A DNA stretch of 64,000 nt from a virus. Of this stretch, positions 37,755-46,703 are shown in pieces. The stretch spans positions 38,755-102,754 of the IMG/VR virus record IMGVR_UViG_3300009130_000011; one strand, 5' to 3'. Position 1 is the stretch's first letter. Each line of letters begins with the position of its first letter. Made by a program: the position numbers and the translations under genes. The notes below the pieces were generated by a model that was given only the letters and a program-made list of their open reading frames with translations, had not been told where the DNA came from and ran no database searches.

Positions 37755-38345
37755 TTATTCTCCAAATTTGTAACCGAAACACTCAATGTCTTTTGCATAT
37801 TTGTGAGCGATAAAATTGCGAGTTTCATCGTCGTAGCATTCGGTATAATGTTGATGCTTGCTGCTGTTTTCGCGAGAGAGTCTTTGGCGCGCAACTCCAA
37901 TTTTGTCACAAACAGTATCGAAATCTTCTTGAAGGTTCTCCGTTTTGCCTACGAAATCCATTTGATTTTTTCCGTCAATTTCTATGTAGTCAAACATGGG
38001 TTGAAAATGCATATATTCAAAAAAAGGAGCTTCAAAAACAAATTGTTCAAAAGAATTGTAGCTTTCGATTTTTTGTTTTAAAGAAAGATCTTGCTTATTG
38101 CCGAAACCCCCGGCTTTTAAGTAAGAATATGCGCTTAAAAACCTATCCCACGGGTTTCTGACAAATGTAAATTTAAAATACTTTGGCTTGCGAGCAATAT
38201 CCCCTTCTATACTGTCAACGTATTTTGCGTCTTTAATTTTACTATGGTCTCCGGGGAATCTAGGAATGCCCAGACACGGCTTAATAGAATTGCCTGCGCA
38301 TTTGGGAATATGAATAAAAATAAATTTGTTTTTATGGTGAATCAT
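37755..38345 (-). CDS. sulfotransferase family 2 protein (ST3)
   Basis: FIHIPKCAGNS, FVRNPWDRFLS. Confidence 0.9.
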   Translation of the reverse strand: MIHHKNKFIFIHIPKCAGNSIKPCLGIPRFPGDHSKIKDAKYVDSIEGDIARKPKYFKFTFVRNPWDRFLSAYSYLKAGGFGNKQDLSLKQKIESYNSFEQFVFEAPFFEYMHFQPMFDYIEIDGKNQMDFVGKTENLQEDFDTVCDKIGVARQRLSRENSSKHQHYTECYDDETRNFIAHKYAKDIECFGYKFGE

Positions 38346-38841
38346 TTTTAATACTTTCGTTTATAATTTGATATGCCATTTCTTTTTCGTGCCAATCAAA
38401 CACTTCAACCTTTTTCCCATTTAAATCTTTGTAATGCTGAAAGAAATTAGAACAAATTTTTAAGAATAAAGAGTTTACATCTTCTAGGCATGTATATTTG
38501 TTTACATGACAGGTGGGCGTAGCTAAAATTTTATAATCTTTCATACCATCGTCTTCCATGTCGAGCGCACCTATAGGAGTACACTCTACGAGAGTACCCC
38601 TGTCTATTGGGGAGTGATTGTATACCAAAACATCTAATGCATCTCCGTCTCCTCCAAGCGTATTTGGTATAAACCCGTAACTGCAAGGATACATAAAAGC
38701 AGAGGTTAAGCTTCTGTCATAAAAGAAAACTCCTAACTCGTTGTCGTATTCATACTTTGCGTTAGTGCCTTTAGGTATTTCTATAATACAGTTAATGATT
38801 TTTGGGGATTCTTTATGAATCGGTAAATTATATAAATTCAT
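38332..38841 (-). CDS. ppa: inorganic pyrophosphatase (family I)
   Basis: IEIPKG..KYEYD, YGFIPNT, DGDALDV, DDGMKDYK, FFQHYK. Confidence 0.95.
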   Translation of the reverse strand: MNLYNLPIHKESPKIINCIIEIPKGTNAKYEYDNELGVFFYDRSLTSAFMYPCSYGFIPNTLGGDGDALDVLVYNHSPIDRGTLVECTPIGALDMEDDGMKDYKILATPTCHVNKYTCLEDVNSLFLKICSNFFQHYKDLNGKKVEVFDWHEKEMAYQIINESIKNDSP

Positions 38842-38847
38842 TTTGTT

Positions 38848-39642
38848 TTAGATTATTTTGTTATGCCACAGCCCTATACCCCTGAAGAATGACTCAAGGT
38901 GATAAGGGGTGTCGTATAGTTTCAAAGTTTTAAATCCAGAATAAGGAGGGATTGGGTGAGATATAAAGCATTCTGAAATATTTTGATTGTGTCTGTTGAT
39001 AACTTTTTGCTTTAAAAGCCTAACGCTCAGATCCCCGCAAATAAAATCTTCTGCTTCTTGTATAGAGCGCTCATCTTTAACGACATGAATTAAAGTTTCT
39101 TGCTCGTCAAGGAGTCTAAAATTGAATGCAATTTGATCATCAAAAGCTCCTGACTTATGAAGTTTTGGGCGTTCCAGTATAGATTTAAAAAGTTTTATAG
39201 TTTTTTCGTTTGATCGTACACAAATCCAGCCCATGCATATTGAGCAGTGAAATTTTTTAAAAAATCTAGTATAATTTGGCATATTGCCCACAGATGCTAT
39301 TACATCATAACCTTCAATTATATAGTCTTTAGGATTTTTAAGCCAAACTGCGTCTAAATCTGAGTGAATAATATTTTTTCCTGAATCAATTAATCTTAAA
39401 AGCTCCTTAAAGCGCGCTCCCCAATCAGCTTTAAATCCATCAGAAAAAATTTCTTTTTTAAGAATTTTAGTTTTTATATTATGATCGATTAGGTAATCAT
39501 TTATTTCGTCATCCATACAAATAACTGAATAGTTTTCAATTCCGAGGTCTTCTAAATGAAGCGCCCAATTTAAGGCGATGCGTTTAAAGCGCCCGTCCCC
39601 AAAGCCAACTATCTCAAAATCATCTATCAAATTAGAACTCAT
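38848..39642 (-). CDS. nucleotide-diphospho-sugar transferase (GT77-like)
   Basis: HSDLDAVWLKNP, CMGW, DDQIAFN. Confidence 0.8.
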   Translation of the reverse strand: MSSNLIDDFEIVGFGDGRFKRIALNWALHLEDLGIENYSVICMDDEINDYLIDHNIKTKILKKEIFSDGFKADWGARFKELLRLIDSGKNIIHSDLDAVWLKNPKDYIIEGYDVIASVGNMPNYTRFFKKFHCSICMGWICVRSNEKTIKLFKSILERPKLHKSGAFDDQIAFNFRLLDEQETLIHVVKDERSIQEAEDFICGDLSVRLLKQKVINRHNQNISECFISHPIPPYSGFKTLKLYDTPYHLESFFRGIGLWHNKII

Positions 39643-40249
39643 ATTTTAAATGCTCTATATCTTTAGAGTAGTAATCTTGAACTATTGCCCGAGTCTCATC
39701 TGTATAGTGTTCTCTATAATCTTTGTGGTCGCTAGAATTTTTGTTGGGAATTTTAGAATAAGGGATGCCTATTTTTGAGCAGAGAAGCTCCCAGTCTGAG
39801 TTAAAACTCTCAATTTTTCCAATGAAATCAATGTGCTTCAGGTCTTTTTCTAGAATTAAATCTCCAACTATCTTACGAAAATGAATGTAATTGCATCCAC
39901 GCAGTTGATCTTTTACAAAATCAGTAAACTTTGTATCTGGAAGATTGTTATCTTTACAAAATTTTGAATCCATCTTATTGCCCCCTCCAGACTTTAGGTA
40001 AAAAAAAGCGCTAACCAGTCTATCAAAAGGGTTTCTGACAAAAGTAAATATTTTGTAGGAATCTTTGTTTATGTAAATTTCTTGCCCGCACGGCCTAATT
40101 AGATAGTAGTCATCCATTATGACTCTAAGCCTAGGGTGGCCCAACCCCATTTTTTCTTCGTCTCTATATGGCTCAAGAACTGAGCGCAAGGAAGTTCCTG
40201 CGCATTTTGGTAAATGAAGGAAGGCAAATTTTTTTGAGTGGCTAATCAT
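39632..40249 (-). CDS. sulfotransferase family 2 protein (ST4)
   Basis: FLHLPKCAGTS, FVRNPFDRLVS. Confidence 0.9.
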   Translation of the reverse strand: MISHSKKFAFLHLPKCAGTSLRSVLEPYRDEEKMGLGHPRLRVIMDDYYLIRPCGQEIYINKDSYKIFTFVRNPFDRLVSAFFYLKSGGGNKMDSKFCKDNNLPDTKFTDFVKDQLRGCNYIHFRKIVGDLILEKDLKHIDFIGKIESFNSDWELLCSKIGIPYSKIPNKNSSDHKDYREHYTDETRAIVQDYYSKDIEHLKYEF

Positions 40250-40250
40250 A

Positions 40251-40922
40251 TTAAAAAGAATATTTTAAAAAATCTATATCACATTCATATATTTTTTCTA
40301 CAAGCCTTTTGTCAGAAAGAGAATATATGTCTCTATAAAATGTGTCGTGGCTCTTGTTTGAATGAGGGAGTTTGCTAGATGGCGTGCCTATCATGTTGCA
40401 AACAAAATCAAAATCTTCTTGAAAACTGTCTAGCCTACCTACAAAATCAACCAAAAGATTTGGACCTTCAAAAATAAAATCACATTGAGGTTGAAATTGA
40501 ACATGATCCGGCGATGATATTATCGCATTAAGGTAATCTGTAAAGCCAAACTCGCCATTATCTGGAAGACTCATCCATTCGCATAAGTCAGGCCTGTGAT
40601 TTTTTGTATAAAAAAATTGAGATACTGCTCGCTGATATGGATTTCTAGCAAAACAAAATTTAAAATAAGAATCAAAAATATCTTTTTCTATAGCTTTTTT
40701 TATAGTTTTTGCAGGCAGATGTTGCATCCCGCCGGTAATGCCATATTGATTTCTGAAGCCGAGTCCCGATAGGCAATACTCTGGATTTTTACCCTCGCCA
40801 ATACCCATCCAAAAATTTTCGGTAATGCGATCTTCTTCTGGGAATAAAAGATCTTCAATGCTAGTGCCTCCACATTTTGGGATGTGGATAAAAATAGAAT
40901 TGTATTTATTTAGCAGGGGCAT
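40251..40922 (-). CDS. sulfotransferase family 2 protein (ST5)
   Basis: FIHIPKCGGTS, FARNPYQRAVS. Confidence 0.9.
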   Translation of the reverse strand: MPLLNKYNSIFIHIPKCGGTSIEDLLFPEEDRITENFWMGIGEGKNPEYCLSGLGFRNQYGITGGMQHLPAKTIKKAIEKDIFDSYFKFCFARNPYQRAVSQFFYTKNHRPDLCEWMSLPDNGEFGFTDYLNAIISSPDHVQFQPQCDFIFEGPNLLVDFVGRLDSFQEDFDFVCNMIGTPSSKLPHSNKSHDTFYRDIYSLSDKRLVEKIYECDIDFLKYSF

Positions 40923-40923
40923 T

Positions 40924-41403
40924 TTAGAATAAGTCTTCTAGATCTTCTAAACTAATGGACTCCCCAGCCTCATCTGAGAGATCGTCCAATGACTTTCTAA
41001 AATTTGCTATCGAGCTTTCACTAAACCCGTAAAAGGTTATTTCCCAAAGCAAATGAGCAAGCGCTTCTGCGTCACAAATTTGCGCTTTCTTATTAACTTC
41101 GACATCTATAAGGTCTTCCCAGAGTACCAAATCTATTGCGAAAGTATCTTTACTTTCTTGTAGGCAAACATCAATAAAGCTCTCACTTAGGTCGTCTTCT
41201 GGGTCGCTTGGAAACTCTCTAATTAAAATTTTATAATCTTTTTTTAAATTTAAATCTTTTTTAAGAAGGTTATTCCATACGTCAAGGTATGCTACATCAA
41301 ATTTTTCAACCTCGCTTGAATCTCTATCCTTATAGTAGATTTTATAGAGAAAATTAAAAACATTTTTGTATACATTTGAATTGATTAGCTCTCGTAGTGT
41401 CAT
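40924..41403 (-). CDS. hypothetical protein
   Basis: FAIDLVLWEDL...AHLLWEITFYGF. Confidence 0.75.
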   Translation of the reverse strand: MTLRELINSNVYKNVFNFLYKIYYKDRDSSEVEKFDVAYLDVWNNLLKKDLNLKKDYKILIREFPSDPEDDLSESFIDVCLQESKDTFAIDLVLWEDLIDVEVNKKAQICDAEALAHLLWEITFYGFSESSIANFRKSLDDLSDEAGESISLEDLEDLF

Positions 41404-41645
41404 ATTGGGGACTTATAAATTGGGTATTCTTCTGCAGGTGTGTTTGGAGGAATAATGAAACTAGGATAGTCAGCGCTGCTCCCATATTCTAAAAATTGAA
41501 TATAAACAGACTGCGCTTTAATCGCTTGGTTTTGTTTGTAAATCGTATCTTCGAGGTTTTTACACCGCTCGCTCTCTTCATACAAAAGATAAAGAAAGAA
41601 AGCACATAGAAAGCCTAGGAAATGTATTAACCTTTTATCGTTCAC
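41400..41645 (-). CDS. small membrane-anchored coiled-coil protein
   Basis: N-terminal TM helix; GTGTA-N9-GTG start. Confidence 0.65.
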   Translation of the reverse strand: MNDKRLIHFLGFLCAFFLYLLYEESERCKNLEDTIYKQNQAIKAQSVYIQFLEYGSSADYPSFIIPPNTPAEEYPIYKSPI

Positions 41646-41831
41646 GCAAATGTTTACACTAAATTCTGTTGTATCTAGAATTATAAGTGCTCATTCCGCA
41701 AAACATTGCCATTAAAATTGAGAAAATTGCTGCCAAATTTGAATCAAAAATAAAAACTACAGTAACTAATACATTTATTACAGCGCAAATAAAAAGTAGT
41801 CTACCCGTAAAATTTAAATCTGCCCAAGACT

Positions 41832-42971
41832 TCATTTTTTATTACCAATCCTAGGCAGCAAGCCTGTGGAGGTGAAATGCCCTCTTTTGGCTGCAACAGA
41901 CGAAATTGGCTTGCCAATAATCTCTGAAACTTCTTTGACAGAATATCCTTCTAGGAATAAATCTAGAATTTTTTGGGTTTCTTTTTTTGAATAAGCTGGC
42001 TTTGATTTAACTAAGCAAAAAGAAAGCCTATTCTTTACAGCAAAAGCCACAACTTGCCTTTTGGAGTATTTCCCATTTAAAAACTGCTTAGAAACTTCAT
42101 CAGATGTAAGTATTTTAGCATTTTTAAGTAGAAAAGATTTTAAAAAAGGCTTGTCCTTATCTTGCATGCTACAATATCCACTATCTGTGGAAAAGAAATC
42201 TTTTATCGACTGGTATCCTTTTGAAACGTTTTTAAAAGAATGATCATTAACTACAGATTTATCAAAATGATTCCTTATCTTTTCAAAAACAGTAATTTGA
42301 GTGATGGAAATTGCTTGGCGGGTCACGCCTAATGCCTCTGAGATTTCTTCTTGCTTCATTCCTTTTTCTAGCATAGATAAAACTCTAATTTCTTGATCCG
42401 TAAGAACCCCAGAGTACTCTTTGAGCATTTTTATTAAGTACTCGCATCGAGCATTTCTATCAAAATCTTCGAAAAAAGAATCCTCTTCCCCGTTGAAATC
42501 TACTGCAAGTTCAAAAGAACTTTTGAAGCCATCTTCGGTGTAATGAGTGTTATCTGTCCTTCTTTTTACATAAGATTGATTTGCTATTCTGCTGTATGTC
42601 CAGCGGCAAATGTTTTTTACAAAAGAAAAAGCTAACTTGCGAAAGCCTATGCAAGAGAAATCTCCATTAAATTCATGAATTAACTCATCTCTTTTTTTTA
42701 AGAAAGATAAATTTACTTCACTTACTAATTCCTCATGGCTCAGAAGATGATTCGCCCCCCTATACTTTCCTATAATTTTATTAATATCCTCTTGGTACTC
42801 CTCAAGGAAGGCATCAAATTTCTTAATATGAGCGGGGTGAGCTTGTGGGATAGGCTCTTTTTCTCCATAGCTGGCCTGAATATGCTCTTTTTGGCGGTCT
42901 TTAGTCGTCTTTATCCTGCCGTCAGTATTAATCGTAATATCATCTGGTAAGTAAGAGTCTTGGATCTTCAT
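41832..42971 (-). CDS. sigma70-like factor with extra C-terminal HTH
   Basis: Region-2-like EELVSEVNL...FSFVKN; region 4 LTDQEIRVL..GMKQEEISEALGVTRQAIS; second HTH GYSVKEVSEIIGKPISSV. Confidence 0.65.
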   Translation of the reverse strand: MKIQDSYLPDDITINTDGRIKTTKDRQKEHIQASYGEKEPIPQAHPAHIKKFDAFLEEYQEDINKIIGKYRGANHLLSHEELVSEVNLSFLKKRDELIHEFNGDFSCIGFRKLAFSFVKNICRWTYSRIANQSYVKRRTDNTHYTEDGFKSSFELAVDFNGEEDSFFEDFDRNARCEYLIKMLKEYSGVLTDQEIRVLSMLEKGMKQEEISEALGVTRQAISITQITVFEKIRNHFDKSVVNDHSFKNVSKGYQSIKDFFSTDSGYCSMQDKDKPFLKSFLLKNAKILTSDEVSKQFLNGKYSKRQVVAFAVKNRLSFCLVKSKPAYSKKETQKILDLFLEGYSVKEVSEIIGKPISSVAAKRGHFTSTGLLPRIGNKK

Positions 42972-44071
42972 AGGCCGTTTTTCTGATTAAGGTTTTTTAT
43001 GATTCGAGTAGGAAGGCGATCAGCTTCAAAAAGACGCCGATAAGGCTTTCCGCGCCCAAAAGGACTGGGGTATTCTTCCGACCAGTTTACAAGATGCTTA
43101 GTAGTGCGAAGAAACTTTCGAAGCGTAGCGATTTGCATCCCTAAATACTCCGCAGCTTTAACGCGACAATTAGAATGTCTATCCAGCGCATCCTTAATTT
43201 TTGGAATACGTTCTTGCCACCTCTTTTCCTTCTTAGCTTTGATAGCCTTCTTCATATTAGCCGCGCGTTTAGCTTCAGATTCGGGAGAAAGATTAAAAGG
43301 GCAAAAACCTGCAGTCATCCTTTTCTTCATAGCTTTTTTTTGGGCATCAGAAAGGGCTTTTCTGTCTGGCTTTCGGCATTCGGAAAAAGGTTTTGTTGGT
43401 GGATATTCTTTCTGCCAATCAATAGATGGAAATTTAGCCATAAGTTTATAAATTTTATGCCTACTAATTCCTAGTTCTCTTGCCGCCTTGCATCGATTCC
43501 CGTTGCATTTGACCAGCGCACTTATTAAAGAACTACGAGTCGAATCCATTGCAGCTTTATTCCACTTGACCCACTTGCCATGATATATCATTCCCTCTCT
43601 TTGTTCAAGAGGTAAAATTATGCCCTTTCGGTGTTTGGCAGACCAATTTTCTTTTCCTTTTTTAAAGCCGATTTTAGAAAGGTGTTCGTAGTCTGTAGCA
43701 TTAAAACGATTGCTTTTTTCGGGAGACCTAGGCACCTCTAATTTATAGAGCAAATTATTAGGATTTGGAAATGAGGCGTCCCTTATCTGCTCCCACTGTT
43801 TTATCCCCAGTCGAACATTATTTTTACTTTTATAGTTTTTATGAAACATAAAGCCATGTATGGCTTTGGCTACAGCGGGAGGATCTTGAAAGCTAAGCCT
43901 GTCTTGTAGTAAGCGTTTAGCCTCTTCATAAGATTTTGCTTTTATAAAAACCTTATAATCTTTTTGCGAGCCATTTTTTGAGTGTTCTGTATAATTTATA
44001 TTCCAATATCTATGCGTCGCAAAAGTTTTATTCCGAAATTTTTTTTGAGCGTTAGTCTTTTTTCTTGCCAT
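42968..44071 (-). CDS. basic protein with two Fis-type HTH domains
   Basis: ALVKCNGNRCKAARELGISRHKIYK and ALDRHSNCRVKAAEYLGMQIATLRK; start moved to ATG 44071. Confidence 0.75.
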   Translation of the reverse strand: MARKKTNAQKKFRNKTFATHRYWNINYTEHSKNGSQKDYKVFIKAKSYEEAKRLLQDRLSFQDPPAVAKAIHGFMFHKNYKSKNNVRLGIKQWEQIRDASFPNPNNLLYKLEVPRSPEKSNRFNATDYEHLSKIGFKKGKENWSAKHRKGIILPLEQREGMIYHGKWVKWNKAAMDSTRSSLISALVKCNGNRCKAARELGISRHKIYKLMAKFPSIDWQKEYPPTKPFSECRKPDRKALSDAQKKAMKKRMTAGFCPFNLSPESEAKRAANMKKAIKAKKEKRWQERIPKIKDALDRHSNCRVKAAEYLGMQIATLRKFLRTTKHLVNWSEEYPSPFGRGKPYRRLFEADRLPTRIIKNLNQKNGL

Positions 44072-44078
44072 GGGAGTA

Positions 44079-44107
44079 ATTGTATCATGGCTTAATGAAA
44101 ATGTCAA
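44079..44107 (-). promoter_or_regulatory. sigma70-type promoter, leaderless geometry
   Basis: TTGACA-N17-TACAAT (TGn extension)-N7-ATG(44071). Confidence 0.8.
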
Positions 44108-44113
44108 GTAAAA

Positions 44114-44341
44114 TTAAGAATCTTCTTCAATGAAATCATCAGAATCTTCTTCGTCAAAGTCAAATTCCCAAAACTCTGAGTCCATTTCAAATAAAATGGT
44201 TCCGCCTTGAGATAGCTCATATACTTTCTCTTGTAATGCCCCTATAATAGTTATAGAATTGATGTCAAATTCTTCAAGATACCTTTCAACCATAGAATCT
44301 AAATCAAACCTAAATGCGTCTGTCTGAGCGTCATAATCCAT
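44114..44341 (-). CDS. acidic hypothetical protein
   Basis: Start moved to ATG 44341 (GTGTA-N11); the track extension runs through a terminator. Confidence 0.7.
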   Translation of the reverse strand: MDYDAQTDAFRFDLDSMVERYLEEFDINSITIIGALQEKVYELSQGGTILFEMDSEFWEFDFDEEDSDDFIEEDS

Positions 44342-44357
44342 ATAGATATATATACAC

Positions 44358-44393
44358 AAAAAAACAAAGGGGGCTCGAAATGAGCCCCCTTTG
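44358..44393 (-). terminator. intrinsic terminator
   Basis: 12-bp stem CAAAGGGGGCTC/GAGCCCCCTTTG, 5-nt loop, followed by T7 on the minus strand. Confidence 0.9.
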
Positions 44394-44417
44394 CGCTTTA
44401 AAAGGCTTATTGAGCCT

Positions 44418-44651
44418 TTATTCGCCTTGCTTTTGTAGCAAGCCAACCAACAAAAGAAGTGTGATTAGACCTGCAAGGCTTGCACCTTCTCCGACAAATC
44501 CATTGATAATGTCTTGAAGGTTGCCGATTACATTCATACCGGCTGCTTCACCGAATACGACTTGCGCGAGGACAAGCAATCCGATGACTGACGTTAATAC
44601 TGTGAATAGCCCACCGATGGCAGACTTGACGGTTTCAGCGATGTTTTCCAT
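44418..44651 (-). CDS. small two-helix membrane protein
   Basis: Two hydrophobic segments; start moved to ATG 44651. Confidence 0.7.
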   Translation of the reverse strand: MENIAETVKSAIGGLFTVLTSVIGLLVLAQVVFGEAAGMNVIGNLQDIINGFVGEGASLAGLITLLLLVGLLQKQGE

Positions 44652-44653
44652 AA

Positions 44654-45322
44654 TTAGAACTTTACTTTGATTCCCGCTCCCCAAAAGACGTCGGAATCAG
44701 TTTGAGTCTCTGAATCGTTATAGCTCACATTTGCAAATGCAGTTGCGCTATCAGTGATAGAGCGGCTAGCTGTCGCGGAGATTTCGTAATACTCAACCCC
44801 ATCGTTAGCTGCAAGATCGGTAAGACCAGCGCCAGCCGAAAGATCAAGGTTTACAACATCAAGATCGAAGCTGTGGCCAACTGAAAATGCATATGTATAC
44901 AAGCTTTCATCGAGATTTCTGTATACCGAAGCGCTAGGCGAAAGTAATACATCAAAAGTTCCAGAAACAAATGCCTCTAATTCTGATGGTCCTGCTTCAA
45001 GCTCATAGTGAAGAAGCCCTGCAGCAATAGATAGCGAATCTCCAAACAAAGAAGCTGTCATGCCTGCAGAAATGTCATACTTGTCGTCTCCAGCTTCCAT
45101 GCTTTGGCTAGTAGAAAAGTCTACAAAAGAACTGAAACCAGCTAGGCCAAAATCAAGTCCTAGGTTAGCGGATAAAGCTTCTTGAGAAACTGTTTGTCCA
45201 CGAAAAAACACATCAGACGAGAATCCAAGTCCAACATCTCCTTGAAGCTTAGCTTCTTGGGCGAAGGCGGCGTTAATAATAGACCCTGCTAGGGTCGCGA
45301 GTAATAGTAGTTTTGTTTTCAT
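44654..45322 (-). CDS. outer-membrane beta-barrel, TorF/TIGR02001-like putative porin
   Basis: Sec signal (AFA|QE), SSDVFFRG motif, alternating beta-strands, C-terminal Phe (GIKVKF). Confidence 0.78.
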   Translation of the reverse strand: MKTKLLLLATLAGSIINAAFAQEAKLQGDVGLGFSSDVFFRGQTVSQEALSANLGLDFGLAGFSSFVDFSTSQSMEAGDDKYDISAGMTASLFGDSLSIAAGLLHYELEAGPSELEAFVSGTFDVLLSPSASVYRNLDESLYTYAFSVGHSFDLDVVNLDLSAGAGLTDLAANDGVEYYEISATASRSITDSATAFANVSYNDSETQTDSDVFWGAGIKVKF

Positions 45323-45345
45323 ATTTTAATTTTTGTTTTATGAAA

Positions 45346-45912
45346 TTATTTTATCCTAATCTCCTTCCAATAAACTTGTTTATCATTTACTAAGCTTCTA
45401 ATGTGTCTTTGTTTGGCGCTAAGCTGACTTTTGCCCATCTTGACTTCAATAAAAGTAACTCGCTCATCATCAAATGAAATGTAATCTATCGGCCTTCCTA
45501 AAAATACGCAGTTTTCTGGATCAAACTCAAATTGATCTAAGAAAGGAGCCAATGTCTCCGCAATATTTCCAAGTCTAACTTCACCGCTTTTCTTTTGAGA
45601 TAAAACTTTTTTACGTTGTTCTACTTCTTCTTTTAACTTTTCTTCTGTTTCTTCTAGCTGCTTTTCAAGATCTTTAGAATGAGTTCGCTCGTCTTCTAGA
45701 AATTGCTTTCTAATTTTTGAAACGTTTTCTGATTTTTCTTTTTCAAGTTCTTGGCTCATTACCTCTATTTTGAGGGAGCCAATTTCTTCTTTTAGTTGTT
45801 GTATTAAATCTGTATTAGGTTCAAGCTTTTTATTCTGACGCTTTAATCTGAAGAGGAAAAATAATAATATTATTATAACCCCGAGAAGAAAAAGTTCTAT
45901 AAAAAAATTCAT
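45346..45912 (-). CDS. membrane-anchored Holliday-junction-resolvase-like endonuclease
   Basis: N-terminal TM, coiled coil, GNIAETLAPFL..FLGRPIDYISF..FIEVKMGKSQL. Confidence 0.8.
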   Translation of the reverse strand: MNFFIELFLLGVIIILLFFLFRLKRQNKKLEPNTDLIQQLKEEIGSLKIEVMSQELEKEKSENVSKIRKQFLEDERTHSKDLEKQLEETEEKLKEEVEQRKKVLSQKKSGEVRLGNIAETLAPFLDQFEFDPENCVFLGRPIDYISFDDERVTFIEVKMGKSQLSAKQRHIRSLVNDKQVYWKEIRIK

Positions 45913-45917
45913 ATTTG

Positions 45918-46703
45918 TTATGAAGCAAAGTAATCAACTCTATTAATTTGATTTGTTGACCATAGAGATCTGTGCTCTGGGTCTGCATCTGTTATGCAAA
46001 GAAAATCTGGGTGGTGGTCTTGGTAAAAATTAGCAAAGATAACATTTAAATCTAGTCTACCGCTGCAATAGTGTGTCATTATCGCTCCATCTGGATTGCA
46101 GACTCTGATTAGCTCTTTATGAACTTCTGGATCATTAAATTTAAAAGCTCCTTTATCTGTTAGGTCTCCTATAATTATATCGAAAGAATTATCTTTGCAG
46201 GTTTTAATTAACTCAAAGCCGTCACCATATGTTATGTTAACATTTGGGTTATTCAAAGCTTTATTAGTAAAAGAAATGTATTCTGAAAGAATTGTAACTA
46301 ACTGATGGTCTAATTCAAAGCATTCAACCCCTGTGGCTCCATTATCTAAAAGCAGCGACGCTAATCCTAAGTCTCCTCCCCCAATTATTAATATTCTATC
46401 TAAGGGGATATCTCTTTCAAGCATTTTTAAGGCGCTTAAATAAATCGAATGGGTTTCATCTCCATAACATTCTTCTTCTTCGTTTTGAGAAACTCCCAGT
46501 TGGTATTCGTCATCTATAAAAACACGTAGATCTCCCATTGGAGACCTGTAAAGACTGAGCTTTTGGCCTGATGCAGTATTAGCATTAAGTATCAGCTTGT
46601 CATTATTTACGCAGTTTAATTGCAAAGGCATGCTTACCGAACGGCCTGTTTGCGTTTCCTCATTGAATCTCCAATGAGTAAAAAATGATGAAGGAGTATT
46701 CAT
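45918..46703 (-). CDS. speE: spermidine synthase-like aminopropyltransferase
   Basis: ILIIGGGDLG, FELD, YGDG, FDIIIGDLTD; adjacent to speD. Confidence 0.8.
   Translation of the reverse strand: MNTPSSFFTHWRFNEETQTGRSVSMPLQLNCVNNDKLILNANTASGQKLSLYRSPMGDLRVFIDDEYQLGVSQNEEEECYGDETHSIYLSALKMLERDIPLDRILIIGGGDLGLASLLLDNGATGVECFELDHQLVTILSEYISFTNKALNNPNVNITYGDGFELIKTCKDNSFDIIIGDLTDKGAFKFNDPEVHKELIRVCNPDGAIMTHYCSGRLDLNVIFANFYQDHHPDFLCITDADPEHRSLWSTNQINRVDYFAS

Noticed and set aside
36501-38345. Sulfotransferase 3' repeats as a diversity-generating retroelement TR/VR pair
   Set aside because: Differences look mostly synonymous rather than adenine-specific, all copies are coding, and no reverse transcriptase is in the window
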